Below are positions 17,488 to 25,474 of a stretch of DNA of 32,000 nt, piece after piece. Position 1 is the stretch's first letter; the number at the start of each line of letters is the position of its first letter. Under the pieces are notes generated by a model. It searched no databases and was not told the DNA's origin. It worked only from the letters and a program-made list of their open reading frames with translations. A program made the translations under genes and the position numbers. Source of the stretch: Acaryochloris marina S15 (GTDB lineage: Bacteria; Cyanobacteriota; Cyanobacteriia; Thermosynechococcales; Thermosynechococcaceae); the NCBI RefSeq assembly GCF_018336915.1, contig NZ_CP064923.1, positions 1,050,001 through 1,082,000 on the forward strand. Reading direction: 5' to 3'.

Positions 17488-18499
17488 TAATGCCGCCGCC
17501 CGCCAGACCTAATAGCAATCCTGTTGGGCGATCACTCTCCACAACTTCACTGACTTCACTAGAAATAAGGCTGGGCTGTGCAGGTTGAGCAGAATTGAGA
17601 TCTAACGCTGCTTCCGAGTAATCAGCACCATCCAACATAATCGTGGAGATGGCTCCATAGGCATCAATCCAAGCCTGTTTGACGTCATCCGTCCAGGCAG
17701 ATCCGAGAAATTGTTCAAAGGTTTTGAGGAGGGTATTGCCGACCAACGGATAATGCTCGGGCAAGGCCCCATATTGGACATGTCGGGCCCCTAGCCCTTG
17801 CAGGGCATCTCCCAACACCTCTGGCTTGCGCAGGTTTTCCACAACCAAAACCAGGGATTGTAGGAGCTTTTTGCTTTGTTGTTTGATGTCCGTGTTCGCA
17901 AATAAAGGTTTGGCAGCGGGATAATCCGTGAATAAGTTGTCGTAGAAGCGATCGGCAAACTCAGTAGCGACTGGCTTCACTTGGGCAAAGCTATTTTCCA
18001 GAAGTTCAACTTGCAGCGGAGAACCTGAATCAGCAGGTGGCGTGGCAGCTTCTGGATCGAGTTGCACTTCTGCTTCTGAATAATCTGCACCGTCCAGCAT
18101 GATCGTGGTGATAGCACCATAGGCATCTACCCAGGCGGATTGAACCTCCTCAGTCCATGCGTCCCCCAGATATTGTTCAAAGGTCTTGAGCAAGGTTGAC
18201 CCCACCAATGGGTAATGCTCAGGTAAGGCCCCATATTTCACATGTCGGGCTCCCAGACCTTTGAGGGCGTTACTCAAAGCATCCGGTTTACGTAGATTTT
18301 CAATAACCAACACCAAGGATTGCAAGAGCTTACCGCCTTGTTTCTCCATATCGGTCCCCTCAAAGAGGGGTTGAGCCGCTGGATAGTCTGTGAATAAATT
18401 GTGATAAAAGCTTGAAACAAATTCATTAGCTTGAGGTTTAACTTTCTCAAAGCTGCTTTCAAGCAGTTCGACTTGTAAGGCCATAGATGTACCTATCAA
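17456..18499 (-). CDS. tandem (double) Hmp-like globin with C-terminal transmembrane anchor
   Basis: 347 aa. Two globin domains (aa 8-143 and 162-297) each carry FY(H/D)NLFTDYPAA.PLF and LGARHV(K/Q)YGALPEHYPLVG...AW(V/I)DAYGAI. These align well with my memory of the flavohemoglobin globin domain (FYDRMF...PELKEIF; AQKH...KPEQYNIVGEHLL...AWGKAYGVL). There is no signal peptide. C-terminal TM: GLLLGLAGGGIIAVIIAILLV. Confidence 0.85.
   Translation of the reverse strand: MIGTSMALQVELLESSFEKVKPQANEFVSSFYHNLFTDYPAAQPLFEGTDMEKQGGKLLQSLVLVIENLRKPDALSNALKGLGARHVKYGALPEHYPLVGSTLLKTFEQYLGDAWTEEVQSAWVDAYGAITTIMLDGADYSEAEVQLDPEAATPPADSGSPLQVELLENSFAQVKPVATEFADRFYDNLFTDYPAAKPLFANTDIKQQSKKLLQSLVLVVENLRKPEVLGDALQGLGARHVQYGALPEHYPLVGNTLLKTFEQFLGSAWTDDVKQAWIDAYGAISTIMLDGADYSEAALDLNSAQPAQPSLISSEVSEVVESDRPTGLLLGLAGGGIIAVIIAILLV
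17609..18478 (-). repeat. intragenic tandem duplication, period 462 nt (154 codons), two copies (17609-18016 and 18071-18478)
   Basis: By hand alignment the two encoded globin domains are identical at 103 of 136 positions. DNA similarity is also visible, for example 18203 versus 17741. Confidence 0.85.
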
Positions 18500-18955
18500 A
18501 AATGTAAAGTTCAGGCACTAGAGGAAAATACAAAAAATTGTCTTCTAGATTTATTTTGGGCCCTCAGTTGAGCACTTAGAAACTGAATAATCTGAAGCGA
18601 ACATTCTCACAAAAAAGAAGAAGTTCAACATAGAAGCTCTAAGCCAAACAAAGACTCTTGATCATAGTTTGCAAGTGTGAATTAACTCAATCAGAGGTCT
18701 TCTCACCCTAAAGACATCATGAATTAAAGATGATATTAGCTTCCTACGGTCGCTATCTCAATTTATGCTCAAAAACTATCAATATCGCTTTATCTGTGAT
18801 CTTCAAGAATAATGAGTCTCAGGCTATAACATTAACTTTCAGGCATTCATAAACAAAATTTACCTGCTATTGCAAAATATGCATTCTAAGTTAAAAAATA
18901 ATGATTCCTTAGGTCGTATCAATTAATACAATTAAAGCTTTTTAACAGCTAAAAT

Positions 18956-18974
18956 ATGCATTGAATCAATGCAT
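18956..18974. promoter_or_regulatory. perfect 9-1-9 palindrome ATGCATTGA-A-TCAATGCAT within a cluster of ATGCAT motifs
   Basis: The palindrome was verified by reverse-complementing. Other ATGCAT copies lie at 18879-18884 and 18978-18983, with GTGCAT at 18990-18995. AAAATATGCATT is repeated at 18874-18885 and 18951-18962. Its role is unproven: it may be an operator for the globin operon, or a terminator hairpin of the upstream ccs-pentapeptide unit. Confidence 0.4.
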
Positions 18975-19044
18975 TTAATGCATACCAAAGTGCATATTTC
19001 AAGAACTTCACAGATGGTTTCTGTTAATCGTATAAAAAGCTACA

Positions 19045-19971
19045 TTAACTAGGGATATTTAACGCACCTCGTTTTCGAAGTAGTTGCTTTTGCTCACTTG
19101 TTAAACCGTGGGCATCGGTGAAGATAGCACCTGACACAATGCTGTTAGAGAAATCTACCTTGTGCAGTTGAGTCTTTTCTAGATTGGCATCCCGAAAATC
19201 TGTATTGGTGACGATGGCACCGGTTAAATCAGCCTGTTCCAAATTAGCGCTATACAGGGAGGCCTGCTCAAGATGGGTTGCACTCATACAGCCCCGGATC
19301 AAGGACACATGATCTAAACTGGCCTCCTGCAATTGTGCTTCCTTGAGATTGGCTTGATCAAAGTTGCTACCGATTAGATCAGCCCCCTTAAAATCAGCCT
19401 GTTTCAAATCGGATTTCACAAACTGAGAACGCTCCAAGCGGGCATGGGCAAAGATGGCTTCTGGAAACTGGGCCTGACTCAGATTGGCATCATTGAGCTT
19501 AGCCCGACTGAAGTTAGCACCCTTAAAGTCACTCTGGGATAAATCCGCCTTGATCAAAATGGCATCTCGAAAAGAGGCATAGTGGCCTTTTGCCTCTGCC
19601 AAATCGACTGCCTCTAATATGGCTGTAGCTACATTCGCCTGATCCAAACAAGCACCATGGAGCTTTAACTTCACCCCATGAATTCCCATCAAATTAGCCG
19701 AGTCCAGCCGGGCGGATGTGAGTTGGGCCTCGGTGAGTAGGGCGTCTTGTAAGCTAATTCCTGTAAGGATCGAAAAGATCAGGATGGCTTCAGTAAAATC
19801 GGCTCGATTGCAGGACGCTCCGGATAAATTAGCCACGCGCAAATAGGCTTGCGGAAAGTGGCCTTCATCCAGGCAGCACCCTTGTAAATTGATATTACTG
19901 AGCTCTGCCCCCTGCAAAGAAATACCTTGTTGGACTTTTGTTTGTACCTCTTCAGGTGTGAGAACGGCCAT
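19045..19971 (-). CDS. pentapeptide-repeat protein
   Basis: About 308 aa from the ATG at 19971. It is almost entirely A(D/N)LxX-type repeats (ANLSGASCNRADFTEA..., ADLSQSDFKGANFSRAKLNDANLSQAQF...). The gene lies 47 nt (5 nt if the TTG at 20013 is used) downstream of ccsA on the same strand. Confidence 0.9.
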   Translation of the reverse strand: MAVLTPEEVQTKVQQGISLQGAELSNINLQGCCLDEGHFPQAYLRVANLSGASCNRADFTEAILIFSILTGISLQDALLTEAQLTSARLDSANLMGIHGVKLKLHGACLDQANVATAILEAVDLAEAKGHYASFRDAILIKADLSQSDFKGANFSRAKLNDANLSQAQFPEAIFAHARLERSQFVKSDLKQADFKGADLIGSNFDQANLKEAQLQEASLDHVSLIRGCMSATHLEQASLYSANLEQADLTGAIVTNTDFRDANLEKTQLHKVDFSNSIVSGAIFTDAHGLTSEQKQLLRKRGALNIPS

Positions 19972-20018
19972 CGCTTTATTTCCCCATAGGTATGTATAAG
20001 TGGGGCTGCCCAATCCAG

Positions 20019-21719
20019 CTATGCATCAACCGTCTGCACCTCAGGTACTGGAATAGAGGCATCAGTATGATGTTGAGAACGATAGCGAAGAATCGTTGCT
20101 AGAACGAACAAGGTATCTAAGCCAACAATGCTGGCAATCAGCAGTTCAGAGCCACCTGTGCCAAACCCATAGCTATGTAGTCCGGTTCCCAAGACAAAAT
20201 TGACCCCATACCAAGCCATCAGCACAGCATTAAAGGCCAAAACACTCGCAACACTCATGCCAAAATAACCTAACCAACCGGCCAACCGGCCATGCACAGG
20301 AGCTAAATAGCAGAGCAAAGCAATTAAAGCCCAAGTCTCTTTCGGATCCCAGCCCCAAAACCGTCCCCAGGAAAAATGGGCCCAGATACCGCCCAAAATA
20401 ATGCCCGTGGTGAGCAGCAAAATACCCACTTGAATCACCCGGGTATTGAGGCGAGATAAGGAGATTGCCATGGTCGTGCCTTCAGGTCGCCGCCAATACT
20501 GAATGAGCGTTAGATGCCCCAGTCCCATTGCCAAAGCGAAGCTGGCATAGCTGAGGGTAATTGTGGGCACATGGATACTCAACCAGAAGTTATCTCGGAG
20601 GACAGGCACTAAGGGAGCAATACTGGGATCTAGCACCGCAGGTAAACTATCCGCCAGCAATAGACAAACGACTGCTAGGGGAGCTGCCGCCAATAAGTAG
20701 GAGCGGGCTCGGGTCTGTAGTTCAAAACAAAAGGCTAAGGCAGCAATTCCAAATCCAACCCACACCACTGACTCATACATATTGGTGACGGGAGGACGGC
20801 CCGCAATTTGCATGCGCAGACCGAAACCAAAGGCCTGAACCAAGATGCCTCCAAGAAACGTTCCCATACCGCTCCAATAGAAATCGAAGTTCGGAATGAG
20901 TTGGCTGATGAGGAGTATGAGAAATGCTATCCCATATAGTTTCCAAGCTTTACCAAAGGGATGGAAGTGATTGAAAAACACTTCCCGGTGCAGGGTTGCT
21001 TGATCTGGGTAAATCCCAGAACTCAAGTCTGCTAAGGACCGTTGCAATGAAGTTGCAGGCTCCTCCAAAGCACTTAAATCATCACCATTGCCTTGATATT
21101 GCTGGTTGAGTTGCTCAAACTGGGCTTGAATGTGGGTCGCTATCTCAGAAGAATACAGCTGCTGCGCCTCCGCAACCCCTACCCAAGTGCCTTTGATATC
21201 TCGCGGATGGGGAACGAGGGGCAACGTTTGATTACCCACCGTATCCAACATTAAATTCAGTCGATCTTCGAGGGTGAAAGCTTCACGTTCATCCCTTGTC
21301 AGTGGCTGTTCTTGCAGCTGCTTGGTATGCGCTTGTTGCAAGATACGGGCCAAGTCAGAATTGACTAGAGTAGAGAAACTAAAATGCTTTTGCTCTACGG
21401 GCAATCCTATTTCGGCTTTGAGGGGACGATAGTTGACCAAAATAAAGGGTTCATCATTCCAATCCCGACTGTTCTGCCAGAGAGACCAATAGATTTGAGG
21501 GGCATCTAAAACCTCACCACTCAATAGCTGATAGCGCTCTGAACCATGAAGCGTCTCTACTGTTTCTCTGGCCACTGTATCTAACGGCTTCTTTCGCCCA
21601 TCCAGCTGAACAGCCATCGTATCAACCGCCGTTTGGGTAGTCGGCTGCCATTGACTAATAGGGGTGACCATCAACGCACAAGCGAGACAAAGTCCCCATA
21701 AAAATTTCAATTGATTCAT
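20019..21719 (-). CDS. ccsA: long-form cytochrome c biogenesis protein CcsA/ResC (System II heme handling)
   Basis: 566 aa. WWD domain WGRFWGWDPKETWAL (nt 20331-20369) is flanked by conserved His residues (SIHVPT, GLGH, APVHGR). A roughly 230-aa extra soluble region follows the N-terminal signal/TM. The start overlaps the ccsB stop (TAATG at 21717-21721). Confidence 0.85.
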   Translation of the reverse strand: MNQLKFLWGLCLACALMVTPISQWQPTTQTAVDTMAVQLDGRKKPLDTVARETVETLHGSERYQLLSGEVLDAPQIYWSLWQNSRDWNDEPFILVNYRPLKAEIGLPVEQKHFSFSTLVNSDLARILQQAHTKQLQEQPLTRDEREAFTLEDRLNLMLDTVGNQTLPLVPHPRDIKGTWVGVAEAQQLYSSEIATHIQAQFEQLNQQYQGNGDDLSALEEPATSLQRSLADLSSGIYPDQATLHREVFFNHFHPFGKAWKLYGIAFLILLISQLIPNFDFYWSGMGTFLGGILVQAFGFGLRMQIAGRPPVTNMYESVVWVGFGIAALAFCFELQTRARSYLLAAAPLAVVCLLLADSLPAVLDPSIAPLVPVLRDNFWLSIHVPTITLSYASFALAMGLGHLTLIQYWRRPEGTTMAISLSRLNTRVIQVGILLLTTGIILGGIWAHFSWGRFWGWDPKETWALIALLCYLAPVHGRLAGWLGYFGMSVASVLAFNAVLMAWYGVNFVLGTGLHSYGFGTGGSELLIASIVGLDTLFVLATILRYRSQHHTDASIPVPEVQTVDA

Positions 21720-23488
21720 TATCCATCCTGAGTCGCAAGTGAAATGGGTGCTGGATCAGCCACAACTGGCTGAGCAGAGTCTTCCGGTATGGCTGTAGGG
21801 AAGGGTTTTGCCCGCTTTTTCCACAGGGTGGGGCCATAGAACATGACGCCAATGCCCACTACCGTTAATAAGGCACCACTCCAAGTCAACGCGGTCACCC
21901 ATATCGGTTCGCGTTTAATTTGCAGAGTGGACTGGTTCAAATCCCCAGGATTCCATGAGGCTTGAGCAATTTTCCACCCTTGGTACCAGGTGGGGTGGTT
22001 CATCCAGACCGAGCGTTGTTGGGTTTCTCCCCCCTCTAAATTTTCGAGGCGAATCTGACTGGTCCACATGGCCACCGATTCGCTGCCTTCATTCCGCTCA
22101 ACGATAAAGTCATCCAAACTAATCCCGAAGGGTAAAGCCATCATCCGGGGACCAAACGCTGTCATCAATGCATGGGAACCATCTGTAATCAGCGCTGATT
22201 CTCCCCAGGGTAGCCACTGCCGATGCCCATCTGCAGTCGCAACCTGCAACGCCGGAACCCCCTCTACCCCAGGTGGAGCCGAGAAACGCTCTTGAATCAT
22301 CTCAGCATGGGGAAGCCAGTCTGCCAGGGCGATTTGAAAATCTGCCCAGCCGGGTTGAATGATTTGATCCATGGCCAAGGGGCCTGAGGAAAATTCTTGG
22401 GAAGACCGAGCTGCATAATAGAGCTGTTGATTAGCCACAACGACCCGAAAATAGTCCGTGGCAGAGGGAGGTGGCACTTGATAGCTCAAGCTCAGATCAA
22501 ATTGCTCAGCATCTCCCACTAAGATGGGGTCTAATCCCGTTTGGGCAAACACATACCAGTGTTCTCGGTGATCCGCCTGGACTAGTTCCACTTCAACGGC
22601 TGGATTACGCCAGTCCTGGGACGCAGTGATGGGCTGATTGTGATCATCCAACCGAAAGTCTGGCCAGGCATTGACTAGATGTATCGTTGCATCATCTAAA
22701 CTCCCATCATGACGATGCAACTCATCAATGGCAAAGGTGGTATTTATTTCTCCCAACTGTATCTGTAGGGTTCCAGATGGCCTGGATTGAGCTTGAGTGG
22801 GATCTGCTAAAAGCTGTTGGAGGTTGCTCTTATCTGCAGCTTGCCAAAGCTCCAGTTGGGCAGGCCCCAAATCAATTCTGTCAGCAGCGGGGGATAGCCA
22901 TTGTTCGAAGGTTTGGCCCATGCGATCGCTACTTAATACCAAGCGTATTGCTGGCTCATCCTGGGCATCACCTTCTCGGTACTCAACTGTTTCGATCGAA
23001 TTCTCGTTGTAGTCCAACAACGTCAGCCCAACAAATTGAGTGGGAGAAATAACTCGCTCAGGCGTTACCATCACCGCCGCCTGTTGCACTTGACCTTGGT
23101 CATCCATCACTTCCAGTAACTCACCCTCAACCCTCACCAGATGGTTAGCAGGCTGATCCGTGCGGACTAGTAATAGTCCTTCCACACCGAGATGAATCAC
23201 TGCCGCAGATCCCGCAATCAGCACAATCAGCCCTAAGTGGGTGAGGGCAAAACCGACTTTCCGGGCTCCTCGCCAGGGATAGCGGGACAGGGTAGAGATG
23301 CCCAAATTGACTGCCAGCAGGAACATCAAGGCTCCAAACCAGGGACTTTTATAAATTTGCTGTTGAACCACAAGGGAGCCAACTTTGCTCTCATAGAACG
23401 TGGCCCAAACCAAGATACTTGCGATCGCAACTAATACGGGTACAGCTAACTTAATTGAACCCAAAAAGCGGATAAATTTTGAGACCAT
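21719..23488 (-). CDS. ccsB: cytochrome c biogenesis protein CcsB/ResB (Ccs1-like)
   Basis: 589 aa from the ATG at 23488 (MVSKFIRFLGSIKLAVPVLV...). ResB-type N-terminal TM pair includes ALTHLGLIVLIAG. A large soluble domain and a C-terminal TM (VTALTWSGALLTVVGIGVMFY) follow. Confidence 0.85.
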   Translation of the reverse strand: MVSKFIRFLGSIKLAVPVLVAIASILVWATFYESKVGSLVVQQQIYKSPWFGALMFLLAVNLGISTLSRYPWRGARKVGFALTHLGLIVLIAGSAAVIHLGVEGLLLVRTDQPANHLVRVEGELLEVMDDQGQVQQAAVMVTPERVISPTQFVGLTLLDYNENSIETVEYREGDAQDEPAIRLVLSSDRMGQTFEQWLSPAADRIDLGPAQLELWQAADKSNLQQLLADPTQAQSRPSGTLQIQLGEINTTFAIDELHRHDGSLDDATIHLVNAWPDFRLDDHNQPITASQDWRNPAVEVELVQADHREHWYVFAQTGLDPILVGDAEQFDLSLSYQVPPPSATDYFRVVVANQQLYYAARSSQEFSSGPLAMDQIIQPGWADFQIALADWLPHAEMIQERFSAPPGVEGVPALQVATADGHRQWLPWGESALITDGSHALMTAFGPRMMALPFGISLDDFIVERNEGSESVAMWTSQIRLENLEGGETQQRSVWMNHPTWYQGWKIAQASWNPGDLNQSTLQIKREPIWVTALTWSGALLTVVGIGVMFYGPTLWKKRAKPFPTAIPEDSAQPVVADPAPISLATQDG

Positions 23489-23630
23489 GCAAACTTCAGC
23501 CAATAGGGAACCTGACCCTATTTAGTCTGAATCGACTGGCCTAAATTGTAGTGAATCTATCAAAGTTATCGATCGACAAGGGTCATAAATGCGTTAATTG
23601 CATTTACGGCATGAATAAAATGCATCCCTG

Positions 23631-23647
23631 CCCCTCAAAAAGAGGGG
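23631..23647 (-). terminator. short GC hairpin CCCCTC-AAAAA-GAGGGG downstream of the 23728-24222 gene
   Basis: A 6-bp GC-rich stem lies about 80 nt after the stop. There is no clear U-tract. Confidence 0.3.
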
Positions 23648-23727
23648 TTGTCCCTATCAGCTGATTCTGACCACAACCGAATGAACGTAAATTTAGAAAA
23701 CCTTGGAGTGGAGAAAGTTAACGTAGC

Positions 23728-24222
23728 TTAGGGCTCATCCACAGTGACGGTATAGCGAAATTGTTGCCCTCTTTCAAAAGCACCCACCCAAATTGAATAC
23801 TTTCCTGCAGGAAGTTGATCCGCAATCCAACCCGCATCTTTCCCTTGAGCCGAGTCATCCAGGCAATAGAGGCGATTTTTGGGTCCTTTAATCAGTAGGG
23901 TTGTGTCTCGTCTGCTATTGACTTGCAAACGTAGCTTGTTCACCTTTTTCGTCAAAACCAGCACATGATCTGGACTAGGAGAGCCATACCCCAAGCACAT
24001 ATTTCTCTGCATATCTCGCTCCCCCACAACTCGATGAAGCGCAATGGCTCCTTTTGCATAGCCTTTTACAGTTTTGGAACTGAATCCAGGCGATAAACTG
24101 AGACTGGCAAAATTAGCCGGATTGGCATTCACAACAGGCCCCTTACCGCCCATCCCCACCATCAGCAGCAACGCTGTCATGGGAATCTGCCATCGGTCCC
24201 ACCCTTTTCTACGATTATTCAT
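23728..24222 (-). CDS. secreted hypothetical protein
   Basis: 164 aa from the ATG at 24222 (a GTG at 24243 is possible). Signal-like MTALLLMVGMG...VVNANP. Two Cys residues (CLGYG, YCLDD). The C-terminal WVGAFERGQQFRYTVTV suggests a beta-sandwich. No family assigned. Confidence 0.5.
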   Translation of the reverse strand: MNNRRKGWDRWQIPMTALLLMVGMGGKGPVVNANPANFASLSLSPGFSSKTVKGYAKGAIALHRVVGERDMQRNMCLGYGSPSPDHVLVLTKKVNKLRLQVNSRRDTTLLIKGPKNRLYCLDDSAQGKDAGWIADQLPAGKYSIWVGAFERGQQFRYTVTVDEP

Positions 24223-24432
24223 AACTTGCACCTCAACGCCCACATCAAGGGCGTCATTTGAGTTGGGTAGACGTGCACACTTTGGGAAAGTTGCTCTCTA
24301 TCTCAAGCGTGCCCAGATAGCCCCCTTATTCTGTGCGTTAAGTTTATAAATCGTCAGAATCTCCAGACTTTTTTTAGAGTGATCGCAAGGTCTAACTCAA
24401 GCCCATTCTGAACGCAATCATTACGCAAAACC

Positions 24433-24768
24433 TTATGCTGACAGGCTACCTGAACTGAGGGGAATCAGTACCCCTTCTGTTGTTAATCCCAGTTGGATAG
24501 ACTCTTGAGAGCGAATCGCTCTGCCCGTTAAAGCACAACGGGTGTCTGCCTGAGCGATAGCGGGAAATGATGCAGAGATTTGTGACAGTTCAACGGTAGG
24601 GGTAAAGTCCCCCGATTTTTGCTGAACATAATTCCAAAGAATATCGCGAATTAGCGCTTGATAGCCCTGATGGCCAGAGAGGTTTTTAAGTTTATCCTTC
24701 AATTCTCGCTCCAACCGAATACTGGTGACTTGCATCTCAGTGGTAGGGACGGAATGAGTGATAGACAT
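24433..24768 (-). CDS. ribbon-helix-helix (CopG/BrnA-like) DNA-binding protein
   Basis: 111 aa. N-terminal TSIRLERELKDKLKNLSGHQGYQALIRDILWNYV fits a beta-strand/helix/helix RHH pattern. The C-terminal half is unassigned. Confidence 0.55.
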   Translation of the reverse strand: MSITHSVPTTEMQVTSIRLERELKDKLKNLSGHQGYQALIRDILWNYVQQKSGDFTPTVELSQISASFPAIAQADTRCALTGRAIRSQESIQLGLTTEGVLIPLSSGSLSA

Positions 24769-24809
24769 TTACAGTTCCTCTAAATAAACTAAACAACGTA
24801 GACAAATTG

Positions 24810-24825
24810 TACTACGATTGTAGTA
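24810..24825. promoter_or_regulatory. inverted repeat TACTAC-GATT-GTAGTA upstream of the RHH gene
   Basis: A 6-4-6 palindrome lies 42-57 nt upstream of the RHH start codon. It is a candidate autoregulatory operator, but this is inference only. Confidence 0.3.
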
Positions 24826-24973
24826 TATTTGACCTGATTACCGCATTAGGCTACAAGTGAATGTCAAAAGCGTCTATATGCTGAGTTTAATCCAGTCAAG
24901 ATTTTAGAACTAGTTCTTAATAATAGTCAGTTTTCAGGGAGTTAGGTCATCAATTTAGCGGGGGCTGTGGGAC

Positions 24974-25399
24974 ATGTTGAAATTTAACTATGGCAAGCAA
25001 GGCACTATTTTAGAATCCGTCGCTGATCCGATTGAAGACGTTATCAATCGGCGTGTTGTCTTAGCCATGCGATCTGCCCAACCTATCCATATGGAACCTA
25101 GCTTTGTATCCCTGATTGTGCCTTCTGAGATTCCTGAAGTCAGAGCTTTGGCCTTTGAACTTACTCAAGGGCATTGTGATGCCGTCTCTTTAAGCACCCA
25201 GGAGTCTCTCTCAGACTCATCTCCAGAATCGGTAGTACCGTCAGACTTCATCAGCCACGATATTGAAGTTATTATGCGCGGGGTTTGGTTGACCCACCAT
25301 CCTGATGCCGAAGAAGGTATATTTTTTACATCCCTAACCACTGAAATCGAAGAGCAAATTGAAGAACTGTGGACCTACCAACCCGTTACCTCATCCTAG
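24974..25399 (+). CDS. hypothetical acidic protein
   Basis: 141-aa ORF with no competing frame and no recognised motif. Confidence 0.45.
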   Translation: MLKFNYGKQGTILESVADPIEDVINRRVVLAMRSAQPIHMEPSFVSLIVPSEIPEVRALAFELTQGHCDAVSLSTQESLSDSSPESVVPSDFISHDIEVIMRGVWLTHHPDAEEGIFFTSLTTEIEEQIEELWTYQPVTSS

Positions 25400-25474
25400 C
25401 CCCCACTGCAGATTGACTTTTAAGGGGCCAATTCTGGGTAGAGTAGATATGCTGAACCAACGTTTGAGAACTTT

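Noticed and set aside
16716-17512. ORFs 16716-17030 (minus), 17021-17203 (plus) and 17276-17512 (plus) overlapping the cytochrome genes.
   Set aside because: The CXXCH-bearing frames explain this region. The overlapping frames carry no recognisable features.
15068-22921. A 7.9-kb stretch with no HIP1 octamer that covers most of the heme island, considered as evidence of horizontal acquisition.
   Set aside because: Other HIP1-free gaps of 4-5 kb occur in ordinary parts of the window (4045-9023, 25882-30190). With only 13 copies the gap is not statistically convincing. It needs genome-wide k-mer and codon analysis.
24808-24827. A possible NtcA site (GTA-N8-TAC) in TGTACTACGATTGTAGTA.
   Set aside because: The spacing gives GTA-N8-GTA, not GTA-N8-TAC, so it does not fit the consensus.
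24433-24973. The RHH gene as the antitoxin half of a toxin-antitoxin pair.
   Set aside because: No partner ORF of suitable size is present upstream or downstream on the same strand.
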